Shown here piece by piece: positions 51,201 through 64,000 of a DNA stretch of 64,000 nucleotides. The notes beneath the pieces are model-generated. The model had not been told where the DNA came from. It was given only the letters and a program-made list of their open reading frames with translations, and did no database searches. The position numbers and the translations under genes were made by a program. Each line of letters begins with the position of its first letter. Within the stretch, counting starts at the first letter, position 1. The stretch covers positions 30,814,001-30,878,000 of the forward strand of contig NC_043015.1 in NCBI RefSeq assembly GCF_006345805.1, written 5' to 3'. This DNA comes from Octopus sinensis (taxonomy: Eukaryota).

Positions 51201-52403
51201 CAAATCCTTCATCCCTTGAATGGTGGGATTTGAACTCAGAGTACAGAGTGCTACAAACAACATTGCAAGATATTGTCTGGAACTTTTGCCTGCAGTTCTG
51301 CCCTCAATCTTCATTTTAGGGAAAATGTTAACAACTACAATTCACGAGATTAAAAGAAAGAGGTTTTGTGCTATTTTCAATAGCCCATATTTGAGTGTAT
51401 GTGTGAATGTGTATGAGAGAGAGAGAGAGAGAGAGGGAGAGAGAAGAATCAGCCTCAGGATTTGACTGGTACATTTTTCCAACTCTGTCTGAGAAGATGA
51501 AAGATAGAGTTAATTCTTGGTGTGTTTTGGACTTTGAGTGCAAAGAGTCAGAACAAATACCATAAGGTACCCAGTGTTTTGCCAATTCTTCCAACTATGC
51601 CTAATTCATCACCTAATATACACATACATATACACGCATGAATGCACATAGACACAGACAAATATTCCACCCATCCTCCTCATCACCCATCTTCATCCCA
51701 TGCTCTGCATATAACATCTTGTAGTTCTAAAAACTGACAAACATTACTCATGGTCTGGAAATGGATAGAGAAGCTACAGGGAGCATCATCATTATTATTA
51801 TTATTATCATCATCATCGTTATTATTATTATTGTTATTATTATCATTATTATTATTATCATCATCATCGTTATTATTATTATTGTTATTATTATCATTAT
51901 TATTATTATTGTTATTGTTATTATTATTATTAACATTATTATTACTATTATCATCATCATCATCATTATTTTTATTTATATATTTATACATTTTTATTAT
52001 CTCTCAGCAGCTGTTTAAGAAGGAAAACAACAATTTGCTGTTGTTATTTCAAAGAGACCACTACAGTTCCTTGGTGCCAGGGTTACTTGTGTTTCTAAGA
52101 TGCCAGCACTTGGCAAAGTTGTCAATCAGCCTGTAGAATGTACTGTGAAGTGCATTTCAAGAATTTGGAAAAGTTTAATAATTGAATTGACGAATAAAGT
52201 GAGTTGGTTTTGCTGAGATTAATTGGGAAGGAATAAATAAACACCTGTTTTGTTTTAAATATCAAAATCATGACATCCATCTGTCTGTCTGTTTATGTAG
52301 TTATCTATCTGTGCCTTCTACTCTCTCTCACTCCCTCCTTCTGTTCGTGCGTGTGTGCATGTGCGCACATGTGTGTCTTCTGTAGAACGTATATATGAAC
52401 AGG

Positions 52404-52786
52404 TGGAGGCACAATGGCCCAGTGGTTAGGGCAGCGGACTCACGGTCATAGGATCGCGGTTTCGATTCCCAGACCGGGCGTTGTGAGTGTTTATTGAGCG
52501 AAAACACCTAAAGCTCCACGAGGCTCCGGCAGGGGGTGGTGGTGATCCCTGCTGTACTCTTTCACCACAACTTTCTCTCACCTTTACTTCCTGTTTCTGT
52601 TGTACCTGTATTTCAAAGGGGCCAGCCTTGTCACTCTCTGTGTCACGCTGAATATCCCCGAGAACTACGTTAAGGGTACACGTGTCTGTGGAGTGCTCAG
52701 CCACTTACACGTTAATTTCACGAGCAGGCTGTTCCGTTGATTCGGATCAACCGGAACCCTCGTCGTCGTAACCGACGGAGTGCTTC
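52404..52786 (+). mobile_element. tRNA-headed SINE family 3, full length
   Basis: A box TGGCCCAGTGG and B box GGTTTCGATTCC. TSD ATATATGAACAGG at 52391-52403 and 52787-52799. Confidence 0.92.
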
Positions 52787-53024
52787 ATATATGAACAGGC
52801 AAACAATTGGTATTGGTTTAGATTATGTTTTTTTTTCATATTTAAACATAATTGTTGAGTTACAATTAGATAATATGGGATCGAACATTGGGCCTCACCA
52901 AGGCAATGACTAGTGACCCGGACCTTTGGAAATATGCTGTGCTTGAGAAGACTCGACAAGCCCAATTGAGACCATAATCTCATGGCCTATGCCAGTGGTG
53001 TAACCAGCCCCCTTATGCATACCT

Positions 53025-53252
53025 ATTTTTTTATTACCCACAGGGGGCTAAACATAGAAGGGACAAACAAGGACAGACGTAGGTATTAAGTCGATTACAT
53101 CGACCCCAGTGCGTAACTGGTACTTAATTTATCGACCCTGAAAGGACGAAAGGCAAAGTCGACCTCGGCGGAATTTGAACTCACAGCGTAACGGCAGACG
53201 AAATACCGCAAAGCATTTCGCCCGGCGTGCTAACGCTTCTGCCAGCTCGCCG
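53025..53252 (-). mobile_element. SINE family 2, full length
   Basis: TSD CCTTATGCATACCT at 53011-53024 and 53253-53266. Confidence 0.92.
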
Positions 53253-54018
53253 CCTTATGCATACCTTTCCTTCATTGGACACTAAACTCTGCTTGCGAAG
53301 ACCTGTTGAGGCAAGTGAAATCGAAATCGAAATTGACTTTGTCTTTTATTATTTCGGAGTTGATAAAGTACCAGTCGAGCACTGGATCGATGTAATTGAA
53401 TAACCCCTGCCCATACTCTTTCAAACATCTCTGGCGTTGAGCCAGAATTAGAATGCAGAATGCTTAGTGGTATTGCTGATCTCATCAACAGTGGAGGGAA
53501 CCTGTGGAAGAGGTAGGTAGACCCAGGAAGACATGGGATGAGGTGGTGAAAGATGATCTTTGGATGCTGAGTCTCATGGAAGTGATGACAAGTGATCGAG
53601 ACTTTTGGCGATTTGAGAAGATTCATCAAGCCAAGTGAAATTGTAGTCGTGGACAGCCAGTGACATGTAAAAGGCACCTGTGCAGGTGACATGTAAAAGC
53701 CACCCATTACACTCTTGGAGTGGTTGGTGTTATGAAGGGCATCCAATTGCAGAAACTAAGCCAAATCCGACTGGAGCCTGGTACAGTTCTCCAGCTTACC
53801 AATTCCAGTTCAAACTGTCTTACCCATGCTGGCATGGAAAACAGATGCTAAATGATGATGGTGATTCACATTTTAGATTCAAATTCCACCGAAGTCGACT
53901 TTACCTTTCATTCTTTCGGGATCAATTAAATAATTACCTGTCAAGTACTTGCATTGATATAATCAACCTCTCCTCTCTTCAAAAAACTACTGTTTTATCT
54001 TGTGCCAAAATTTGAAAC

Positions 54019-54054
<36 letters not shown>

Positions 54055-54616
54055 GAGATACTTTGTTATATTTAGTTTCATCCGTTCAAGCTCTGAGTTC
54101 AAATCCCAGATCTAAAATACCGGGGTTTCATTTATTCGACGTTATCCCCACATCCACTAAATTTCTGGCTTTTAAATCTTGGAAAATATTTTCAACTTCA
54201 TGTTTTGCTTTTCGTTGCTCTTGGAGCAAAATAAATAAATAAACATTGTTATCTTTATTTTGATATTTATCATCATCATAATCGTCATCTTCACCACACA
54301 CACACACACACACACCACTACTACTTCCACCGCTGACATTTATCGTAATCTTCGTCGTCGTCATCAACATCACTTCTACCACCACCACCACCACCACCAC
54401 CACCACCACCACCAATAACAACAACAACAACCCCGACGCTCCGTTGACATCATCGTAATTGTCATCGCCGTCGTCATCATCATCATCATCATCCAATTTA
54501 TTCAAGTCGCTTTCGTTTTGTCTTATTTTGTTTGCCAGAGAAATGGTGACGTCTGTCTGCGTCTGTGTCTGTGAGTGTGATTTAGGTGTTGCAGAGACCT
54601 TAACACACTTAACACG

Positions 54617-54716
54617 ATGACAGCTGAGGGTGATGTCGGTGAAGGACTTGGCTTTGGTGGTGCATCACCGCATCGTCGTCACTCATTCGTTCAGCTGCAG
54701 GGCATCAATTTGCCAG
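54617..54716 (+). CDS. Candidate first coding exon, product unknown (3' boundary uncertain)
   Basis: Strong acceptor TTTTGTCTTATTTTGTTTGCCAG at 54538. ATG 54617 opens MTAEGDVGEGLGFGGASPHRRHSFVQLQGINLP, a complex unique sequence. Donor options are CAG|GTGGTG (54717) or GTATGT (54849). Confidence 0.35.
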
Positions 54717-55161
54717 GTGGTGTGTCATTGCTGCTTGTCTCATCCGGACATAACGCATACACTCGGCTAGACACTTGGCCGCACACTAATTCTATTCTGA
54801 GTATACGTGGTGTATATATGTCTCGGCTTTTTTCCTTATTCAGCCTCAGTATGTCTATGTGTATTTGTTTGTATGTGTGCTTTTCTCGCGTGTGTGTGTT
54901 TGTAATGGTATTATGTGTGTACGTATATGTTTTTGCTTCTGCCTCTGTGTATGTGCTCGTGTAGGACGGAGCGGGGTTGAGATAGAATGTAGAACACAGT
55001 GACATTGTTAATACAAACCGGAACATTACACCTAACTCATCGTTGTCACCTTACATAAGACCAGATTAGAAAAACACATACAAAGATACTTCTCACTTGC
55101 GCATACATATACACAGTCTCTTTCTCCTATACATGCGCTCGCGTGTGTATATATGTGTAAT

Positions 55162-55194
<33 letters not shown>

Positions 55195-55259
55195 CCCTCG
55201 CTAATACAACATACGCACGCATCCTTTTGTTCTTTGCCTTTTCATTCACCCACCCCGAC

Positions 55260-55465
55260 ACACCTACATGCAAACACACAGACATATACACTCACAGGCA
55301 AACACACAGACAGACATACACACACACGCAGGCAAACACACAGACATACACACACACAGAGGCAAACACAGACATACACACAGACACACAGGCAACACAC
55401 AGACACAGACATACACACACAGGCAAACACAGACATACACACACACGCACAGGCAAACACATGCA
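55260..55465. repeat. CA-based minisatellite
   Basis: CAGGCAAACACACAGACATACAC-like unit repeated about 6-7 times. Confidence 0.85.
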
Positions 55466-56012
55466 TTACCTAGTCCCTTTTTGTTTCACTTTCTCTCTTG
55501 AAATCTATGCAGATTTACCCCCCAAACACCGCACCACCTTTCTGTCTTTCACCCACCCCTCTCTGTGCTTGTATCTCTCCTTTTTATCTCTCACCGATAT
55601 TTCTAGATATACACACACACACCAACAACACATTAACGGGCGAATGCACTGACGCCAGACTGTGTACGCATACACACGTTCACATGTATGTGTGTACGCA
55701 TTATAAAACATGATGTGGAACAGATACACACAGTGTATATGTATGTGTTTTGTGTGTTGTGCACACGCACACGTCGATGTTCAAATTTTATCTTTCAAAT
55801 TTATTAGTCAGCAGACAAATTATTAGTGACAGTTAATTTGTCTAATAAACTAAAGAGCCACAACGAAAGGTCAGAAGGTTGACTGACACAACAAGCCGCA
55901 AGTTCAAATTAAACTCTTTAAATAGCTGCACCTTAAATTTTAGCCGAAATACCAGTTTGACGCAGTTGTTTAGCCCTGATCCACGGTGTACCAGCAGTGA
56001 CCACCCTGTCTT

Positions 56013-56417
56013 GGATCTCTTCGGTTTGAATGGCAGTTTTTAAAAATAATTTCCACGTAACTAAACACTTTTAACCTTCGTGTACTGGTAGAATGTGTTT
56101 ATAAGACAACTTTTTCTCTTAGCCTTATTGAGAAAATTTTATAGTTTGTAAGATATTTGTTGTTTTTTTTCTTCAATTTCTGTAATTTCAACCAATCACT
56201 GACATCTATTGAGGTAAAAAACATTCTGTGCCGTATGAATATGTCCCTCGTTTAAGAAACAGATTGGGTTTATTTACATTTGTGAAGAAAAAAAGATACC
56301 CTTCCCCCACCCCTAAAACAGATTGAAATGCAATAGATCGATACTAGGGTCATAATTATGGGTGACACTTTCATATGACACCACAAGAAAAAACTGCCCT
56401 TCAAAACGAAAAGATCC
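56013..56417. mobile_element. MITE family B, full copy with 9-bp TSD
   Basis: CCCTGTCTT|GGATC ... GATCC|CCCTGTCTC. Confidence 0.9.
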
Positions 56418-56763
56418 CCCTGTCTCTTTTCATTTGGGTATATTAAGTCTAGAACTGTTCTGTCTAATCTAATGTATCCTTTCTTCATATTGCTGTATTT
56501 TAACCTCGGTCCACTCTCAGCCATGACCACCCCCCTTGGCATCTTGGACTATGTTATCTAATGCGTTCTTTATTGGTATTGCAGTTAACCCTAGGTTAGT
56601 TTTGATCCAGTAGACCTATGATCAAAGACGTTCCAGATGTTAACCCCACTGTCTTATTCAGACATACTGCATTGGGTTCAACGTTATTGGAAATATACTT
56701 GACTTTTAAGACAGTGCAGCAGATTTGGCTGTTATTTTTAACAAGTCAATCGGCGATCTAGTG

Positions 56764-57132
56764 CAGGGGTTCTCAACTGGAGTCCATATAAGACTTGGTG
56801 GGGGGTGATCCATGCTAGCAAAATAGTAAATTAAGAATCAACAGTAGTATTTTAAGGGCCCACAGGAAAAAGATTTTGCTTTAGATGTATTCATTACAAG
56901 AAACAGCTGGGCTTCTTTCTCAAACGTTTGACATAGTTTTTAACATGGCTTCTGGCAACTGAAACTTGCTCTCTGAGAGACTTCTATTACAAACCTATAC
57001 AAGGGAACATGTGAAAAACAAAACAGGATTTTTGAAATCACTAGCTTTTAAACATTCAATGGCCATGGGGATCCACCAGAATAGAATAGTTATCAAAAGG
57101 GTCTATAGGTAAAAAATGGTTGAAAACCACTG
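56764..57132. mobile_element. hAT (Charlie-like) MITE
   Basis: TIRs CAGGGGTTCTCAAC / GTTGAAAACCACTG. Flanks ATCTAGTG and (A)TTCTAGTG resemble an NTCTAGAN-type 8-bp TSD. Confidence 0.7.
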
Positions 57133-59439
57133 ATTCTAGTGGGTTTTTCCTCTTAGTTTGTAGTAGTTAATTTTTTATCCCTAGGTCAAAGACATTCCAA
57201 CCATCTTATTCTTATAAGGAGTTGCTATATATAAAAATAATTCATAGACATACCTTTGTTATCTCAAGGAATACATTGATGGTGATGGTGGTGATGACGA
57301 TGATGATGACAATGATGATGATAATGATGACGATAACAACGGTGATGGGTACTGACAATAAGTGGTGATATTGAGAATATGATGATGGTGGAGGTGGTGC
57401 TGCTACTGTTGATAATGATGATGATGATGATGACTTTGCCTTTCATCCTCTCGGGGTCGATAAATAAAGTACCAGTTTCGCACTGGGTCGATGTAATCGA
57501 CTTAATCCCTTTGTCTGCCCTTGTTTGTCCCCTCTATGTTTAGCACCTTGAGGGCAGTAAAGAAATATATATTAGTGTATGGAAATGAGGAAATAGGAAT
57601 TTTGAAAGAAGTATTTGTAGAAATAGCTTTTAAACATTGAATAGCCAGTGGATGGAATAAAATAATAAAGGGGTCCATAGGTAAAATATGGTTGAGAACC
57701 ATTGCCTTAGACCAAAGAGCAGCAACAAAGGGGATTTTGCGAAGGGCCACCAAGGATCAGGTGTGGTGGTGTTAATCTAGGGAACGGATTATGTTTATCA
57801 CTTAAGATTAGGTACAATCCTCCATCTAGTTTTAGAACAGTTTTCTTCTATGGAATTATTCTCACAAAACTTGGGTAAATCTGAAGTTATGGCAGAAAAC
57901 ACTTATTTGGTCCAAAGTGCCACAGAATGGGATTGAAACCATGAGTAGATTGTGATTCTGAAATGAACTTTTTAGCCATATGACCAGTTGGTCATGAGTA
58001 GAACGTCTTTGATCTTAAGCGCCCAATTATCGCTGACCTGCAGCTCAAAGATAAATATCATATCAGAACAAAGCATGTATGTGCACATATATTTGGCACA
58101 ACATAGTTTAAAAAAAACAGTGTTGTGTGGAAAAATAACATTGAATCAATAACTTAAGTACCAAATTAAAGTAAGCTCTGGGTCAATATGATTGGCCAAA
58201 ACCTTTGAAAATGGTGCATCAGCATGGCTGAAGTCCAAGAGTTGAGATCAGAGAAAGAATTAAAAAATAAAACAATATAATAAATAATACATTAATTATA
58301 CCAACCAGCTTGTCACTAATTTCTCCAGTTGGTTTTTGTAACTTCTATCTTTGCTCTAGATATCTCCAGATGGGAATGGAGAGACTGAATAGATACAATT
58401 TATTACAGTGAATAAAATATAATAATAGTAATATTATACTGGAGGCGCGTGGCTTAGTGGTTAGGGTGTTAGCACCATGATCGTAAGATTGTGGGTTTGT
58501 TGAACTCTCTAATGGTTCTGCCAATCTATTACTGAAGAAGTGCAGTAAAAAAAATAGAATATAAAACACCAAGACAAAATGCTGAGTAACAGTCGGAAAT
58601 ATTTCTAACATTGTAAGCATTCTGCTTCTAGAAATGACATATTCACAATCCAACAAAGGGTTCAATGGCCATCCGTTCTACTAGAAATAGCAGCTTAATC
58701 TTAATTGCATCATCACTAGCTGCTGCCTGAAAACTTAGAAGGGCACATTGGCTAACATAATCTTAGAGACAAGCTGTGTCTAGAGGGAAAAAAAAAGTAA
58801 GGATTTGATCATGGATGGTAGATATCTGAAACTAAGCAAGGACTACTACTTCTACCACCATCACCACTGGCTGTTGCTGTTATTACTACTATAACACAAG
58901 TGGTTAAAGTAATAAGTATTTTGTTGTTTGGGAAGTGGTACAATGATACTCCAAGTAAGCACATCACTTGAAAAAACTGTCATTAGCTAGGTCAAAATTT
59001 GGTTTTAACTTTAGTGGCTGAACCAGCTGAAGGTCAGATCAAATGCTTTGTGGTGTTTAGTTACAGCCTTGGTTCAAAATCTGCCAAGTTAGGCTTTTCT
59101 TCCTCTTTCAATTGAGGTTGATAACAGTATCAGTTATCCTTAGATCAAATCAATTCACTATTGATACTCCTTGTAGGGTCATAAATACATTATTGTTTAT
59201 CATATGAAGGGGTCCTGTTAGGATTAAAGGTAGAACAAATTGCCATGTTTAACCTTTTAGCATTCAAACCAGTCATATCTGGCCAAAATATTCAACGGCC
59301 ATACATTGATACAATCTAGACCCACAGTCTATATATATATGTATATTGGTCAGGAGAGCCAAGGAGGAACCGATAAGGTCCTTCTCATAAACCCTTTTGT
59401 TTTACCTTGCAAATTCATCTCAGAGACCCTGTCTTCATA

Positions 59440-60900
59440 TTAAACAGGTAAACCACATCCTATTTCTCTCCAAGACACAAACCTCAGTCACTTACCTAGA
59501 ATTTGTCTGCTGTCCAGGTTACATTCTTAATTCAAATTCACTGCAAAGAACAGTATCTACATCTATGTCAATTCAACACTTCGTCACCTCCTCAGCTCCA
59601 CTCCCCAACCATTTCTCTTTTTGCATTGAGAATGTATCACTTTATCTCTCTCCAAAATCATTGTTCTCACCGATTTCAACACTCACATATTAAACGTAGA
59701 AAGCTTCTACACCAACACACAGACTCAAACTCCCCCTGATCCCTTTCTTACCTTGGAAGTCAACTTTTCCCTAAGCATCAGTCTATTGGGCCACCTTGTC
59801 ACTGATATATTCTATCCTCCATACATCCACATACAATGCAACACCCATGACTACCACACTGATATTTCAAGTCAGCTAACTGGCTGGAACTCCACCAATT
59901 TTATGGTAACTATTCCTACTGACATGGGCTTCACCCTTGACCTATTAGAATTAGGCAACCAAAACTATCCCTCCACATTTCTCCCACACAACCTAGTCTT
60001 TCGGTAGTTCACTCCTAGCTATCTGAACATGTTTTGAGAAAATCACTCATTCCTGGGATATTCGTTTCTACCTAATACCACAATTCTTGTGGAACATCAC
60101 CTGAATTATGGAGTGCACACTGCATGCCTCCCACTTTTTTCTTACTCTTGCCAAAATATCCAACAATTTAGAAAACCCCTTTCCTCCACTTCTTAATTAT
60201 AGCGATTCTGTGTGCAGTACACCTGCAGAATCTCTATATAATTATCCTATTCCACATTATGTAAAAACTCAGCCAAAACTATTTCTACTTAGTGTGAAAG
60301 CACCTTTAGGCACAAGGCCACTGAAACTGGCAAAGCCTCCACGAACACTATGCCCCTTTTTTCATCAACCTCAACCTCTCTATATGTATTTAAGGAATGC
60401 ATTACTATGCCCCATTCCCAAATAACATCTCAAGGTGATAGCTATTTACACTTTTCCCAGTACATTAACCCCCCACCCCAAGAGAAAGTTGTTTAAAAAA
60501 AGAAAAAAAATCATGTGCTGCTACCCTTAAAGTTTTCACCTGAATCTTGCATGGAAGTCTCCCGTCAAAAACAGCTTGACTACAAGCCTTCACTTGTCTT
60601 TTAATAGCGACTTGCAATTAGACTGCATCACTCCAGTGCATGCTGACCCAACAGTGTCCCAAGTTATATTCACTACAGATCGATCTATTTTTTGACATCT
60701 CCAGAGACAATATTCTAATTCTTCCTATCATAAGACTACGGGTAACCTAGAACTTCACACTAAATCTTAAATGTCAAACACGCACACATGGATGTCATAC
60801 CAGTATCAGCTGAAGACAGAATGACATCACAGCCATATCAACTGCGTCAAGCTCGCTACGTTATCATTAGCGAAGGCCCATCTTCTGCACATTAGACTGG
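59440..60900 (+). mobile_element. Heavily decayed CR1/L2/Jockey-type LINE
   Basis: Endonuclease-like pieces HILFLSKTQ, PGYIL and KIIVLTDFNTH in C-rich plus-strand sequence. Clade uncertain. Confidence 0.55.
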
Positions 60901-61339
60901 CTTTCCTTCTCAGTCCTAACTATGAACTTACGTTGGTAAGCACTAAGAATAATACTGTTACTAACCAAGCGTCCACTTCAATATCCTTTAAATATACTCA
61001 CTCCTGCCCTTTCGAATGGTCGGCGCACAGCCTCTATCACCAGCCAAAAGTTAATTGAGGTAATACATCCATCCATCAGTTCTTCATAAAGCATTGATAC
61101 CGGCTGGCTTTAGCATAAATTCGCATCAATATATTGAAAGTTCGTAATTTGCGAAGAAAACCCTTAGATCTCACCCCTCCCCATTTAAAATTTTGATTTT
61201 GTTTACTTTGAAGAGATTGTAGTGAGCTGAACACATGCAAATCGAAATTAAATATCGACAAAAACATTCAAGTGAAAAGAATTTAAATAATCGTAAAACT
61301 TTTTCAGGCCATTTATCCCTATCCGTTTTTTCATATCTC

Positions 61340-61478
61340 AACACTACTTGAGAACAGTGGTCTCGGTGCGCGCACCCGCGCCAGCTAGTAGATCCTTACT
61401 TTGCTAGGTAGTCGTTGTAGGATCGACTACTTACGACTAGCTAGCGCGCACCAGGGACCACTGTTCGCTAGTAGTACC
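61340..61478. mobile_element. 139-bp GC-rich palindromic insertion with 8-bp direct repeat
   Basis: GAACAGTGGTCTCGGTGCGCGC / GCGCGCACCAGGGACCACTGTTC. CATATCTC at 61332-61339 and 61479-61486. Confidence 0.7.
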
Positions 61479-64000
61479 CATATCTCTCTACACAACTATT
61501 TATTGAATTAAAAATTTTGAACGTTTCCTGAATATTCGGAATCTGTCAAAGACGGAAATGTCTGTGTGTGCGCCTGAGAAGCAATAAATTTCCAACGAAA
61601 TTATGTAAGCACATGCTAAAACTTTTTCGACTGCGTTCTGCATAAAGGAATTAATACAATTATGGAGGAAAAAAAAAATCATGCTTTTAAAATACGGACC
61701 ATCCGAATCTACCATTCGTTTCTCTTCGCAATTTAAGGAAAAGTACTAACAATCCTAGACTTTACATGTCTATCATAATTGGTAGACAGCCGTACAGTGG
61801 TGCGACGTAGTCCAAGTAGACAAAAGCCTCTCTGAAAGGGAAAAAAAAGATGAAGTTTTGGATACTTGTGATTGTCGTAACCGATGTGCAAGTTTTTTTT
61901 TCTGTATATAAAGATAACATATCCATTTATAGTGGAGGTAAAGGATCAGCCTATTAGCGTGAATTTCCTAAAACGCCCTTAGATTTTCATAATGAATTAG
62001 TTTTGGGGCTGATGCAGTTTCGCAACTCCCTGAAAAATGCATTTTTTCTCTCAGATTCCTATTTTAGGTGCTGGAGATACGCAAAATCTTTTTACCCCCC
62101 CTCCATCTTTGATTTTATTTACTTTAAGATATCGTAGCGAATTTACGAGCATAGGCAAATCAAAATTAAAGATAAAGATTTAAAAAGAACGTGAAAAGAA
62201 TTTGTTTCACTCGTTTGCCTTAAATAATTTAATGTAAATTAATGTACACTATTTTACGGGAAACGAGCGAGAAGAGAGGTTTAAAAAAGAAAAAAAGAAA
62301 GAGAAAAAACGAAGTTGATGGGCTTCAGCACGTGCTTGCACCATAATTCCGGACTTTTGCTTACATTACCGAAAAGATTCTTTGCAAATTCCGAATCTGA
62401 TGTTCAAAATATCCGAGGCAGTTCCACAACAAAGGCGACACCACACATCTATGTATTAATGACATTCTCGGCACCTTGTAACAGCTGACAAATTGTCTTC
62501 CTATCTTTAAATGATCAAATACCACAACCGAAGTTCCGCAAAATTTATAACCACAACTGAAAAATGGTCACTTCCTCTGCTTGAAACAGCAGCCATCTCA
62601 AAGTACTGCCCTGTCACGCGCGAATTCCTGAACGGCAACGCCTAAACATCACGAATTTTTTCGCCATACAATCCCTTCTCTCTTTGAAGGGTACTTGTGC
62701 CTGACTCAACCTAGGAATAAGATGCACCATATTCTAAGGGCTGTAATTAAAGGAGGGAAGCATGCAGGCTATGTTCTAGTCTGCGCCATCGTAATTATCT
62801 AGGAAAAAAACGAATTCTAACACAATGCGACCCATCGGTCTTCATTCAAGCAGCGCAAATACCGTTGAAATTCGATACAACCATTTACAAGGACTAGTAA
62901 TTTTTTTTTTCCTTTTCGCCCACAGACGAAACGTCAGTTACCAAAGAAGGAAAACCCGATTGCTGATAAGACCAAGCAGTTTCTCTACCGGGAGATGGAG
63001 ACTATATAATACCAGTGAGAAAATAGTGAACTTTTCGAGATACATAGTCTCTCCAAGTCGCGCAGTAAACTACATCGATCGGCACACCCAATTCTAGTGA
63101 AACCTACATCGTAAGGCCGCGACCTTCTCGAAAAAGCCTCGAAGAGTAGAGGATGAGGAAAATTTAAAACATCAGATTAGATTGTGTGAAATAAAATCAA
63201 AGATATCAGAACAAAATCTAAAATATGAACAGTCAAATGACAATGTCCCTGAAGGATTGGATGCCATAGAAATGCAACTACGCCGAGTTAACATTCTAGA
63301 CAGCTACGCATCCGGCCGGTAACATTTTTCTGTAGAAAGTTAATTCAATGATAGCTAAGAACCTCCTCGCCGCTGACGTGTATAATCCATAAATGCAAAC
63401 GTCAAATTACAGCACTTCAAAGAAATTAATTCGACGTACGTACATGGCAAAATATCACAAATGGGATCTAACCCCCAGCAAAGATTCGGCACAAAAACAT
63501 AACTGCAACTAATTCTTTAAACAAGTACGCAAGTGTACATATAATTATTTAGCCGGACACGCTTGCAGGTTCTAATTTCGCCAAGGTGCGCCCTCCCTCC
63601 CCAACAGAACTGCAATGCAAAAATCATACAATAGAATGCAGACATGTAAAAGAAATCAAACTCACCAAAATTCGGTAGCTGGCCTTAAAATAAAATTAAA
63701 AATACTAAAGCCAAAGAATAGGTGTACGAAAGTTACAAACAGCAACCATTTTATTTTAAACCAATACAAACTAATATTTTAAAAAATTTAATATTAGCGA
63801 GATTTTATTCTTTTTTGTTTCTTTTACTCGAACAGAATCTAAAAAATCGAGTGTCGAGGTTTGCTGCTGCGAGGAAGCAACACTAAGACACATTTTCCAG
63901 CCCAAATGCTGACACAATTAGACAGTTTGGCCTCACAAAGGAGGCCAAGATACAAAAAAGACTCAACTGACACAAGCAGAGTTCACAGTCACAAAAAGAA

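Noticed and set aside
51683-52136. Poly-N/D, poly-I and poly-L ORFs (also 54128-54505)
   Set aside because: (ATT)/(ATC)/(ACC) trinucleotide arrays.
52404-52480. tRNA gene
   Set aside because: A tRNA-like A/B-box head continues into a multi-copy SINE body bounded by a TSD. No complete acceptor stem or terminator is present.

Overview
AT-rich, repeat-dense eukaryotic genomic DNA, most likely from an octopus or other coleoid cephalopod. That assignment is inferred from the tRNA-headed SINE families and microsatellite style and was not searched. I cannot recognise any complete protein-coding gene, and nearly all ORFs in the supplied track are microsatellite or repeat artefacts. The window is dominated by three tRNA-derived SINE families, RTE and CR1/L2-type LINE remnants, a Penelope-like remnant, Tc1/mariner relics of three catalytic types (DD34D, DD37D-like, DD41D), several MITE families (TTAA/piggyBac-like, 9-bp-TSD, hAT-like) and micro/minisatellites. 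Unique stretches contain isolated exon-like segments that may belong to one large, intron-rich plus-strand gene, but this is unproven. The most unusual structures are a 315-bp TSD-flanked insertion that is mostly a 111-bp-arm hairpin, recurrent fold-back copies of one repeat, a DD41D transposase split by a clean inversion, and SINE dimers with identical junctions. Boundaries without a stated TSD or TIR are approximate.
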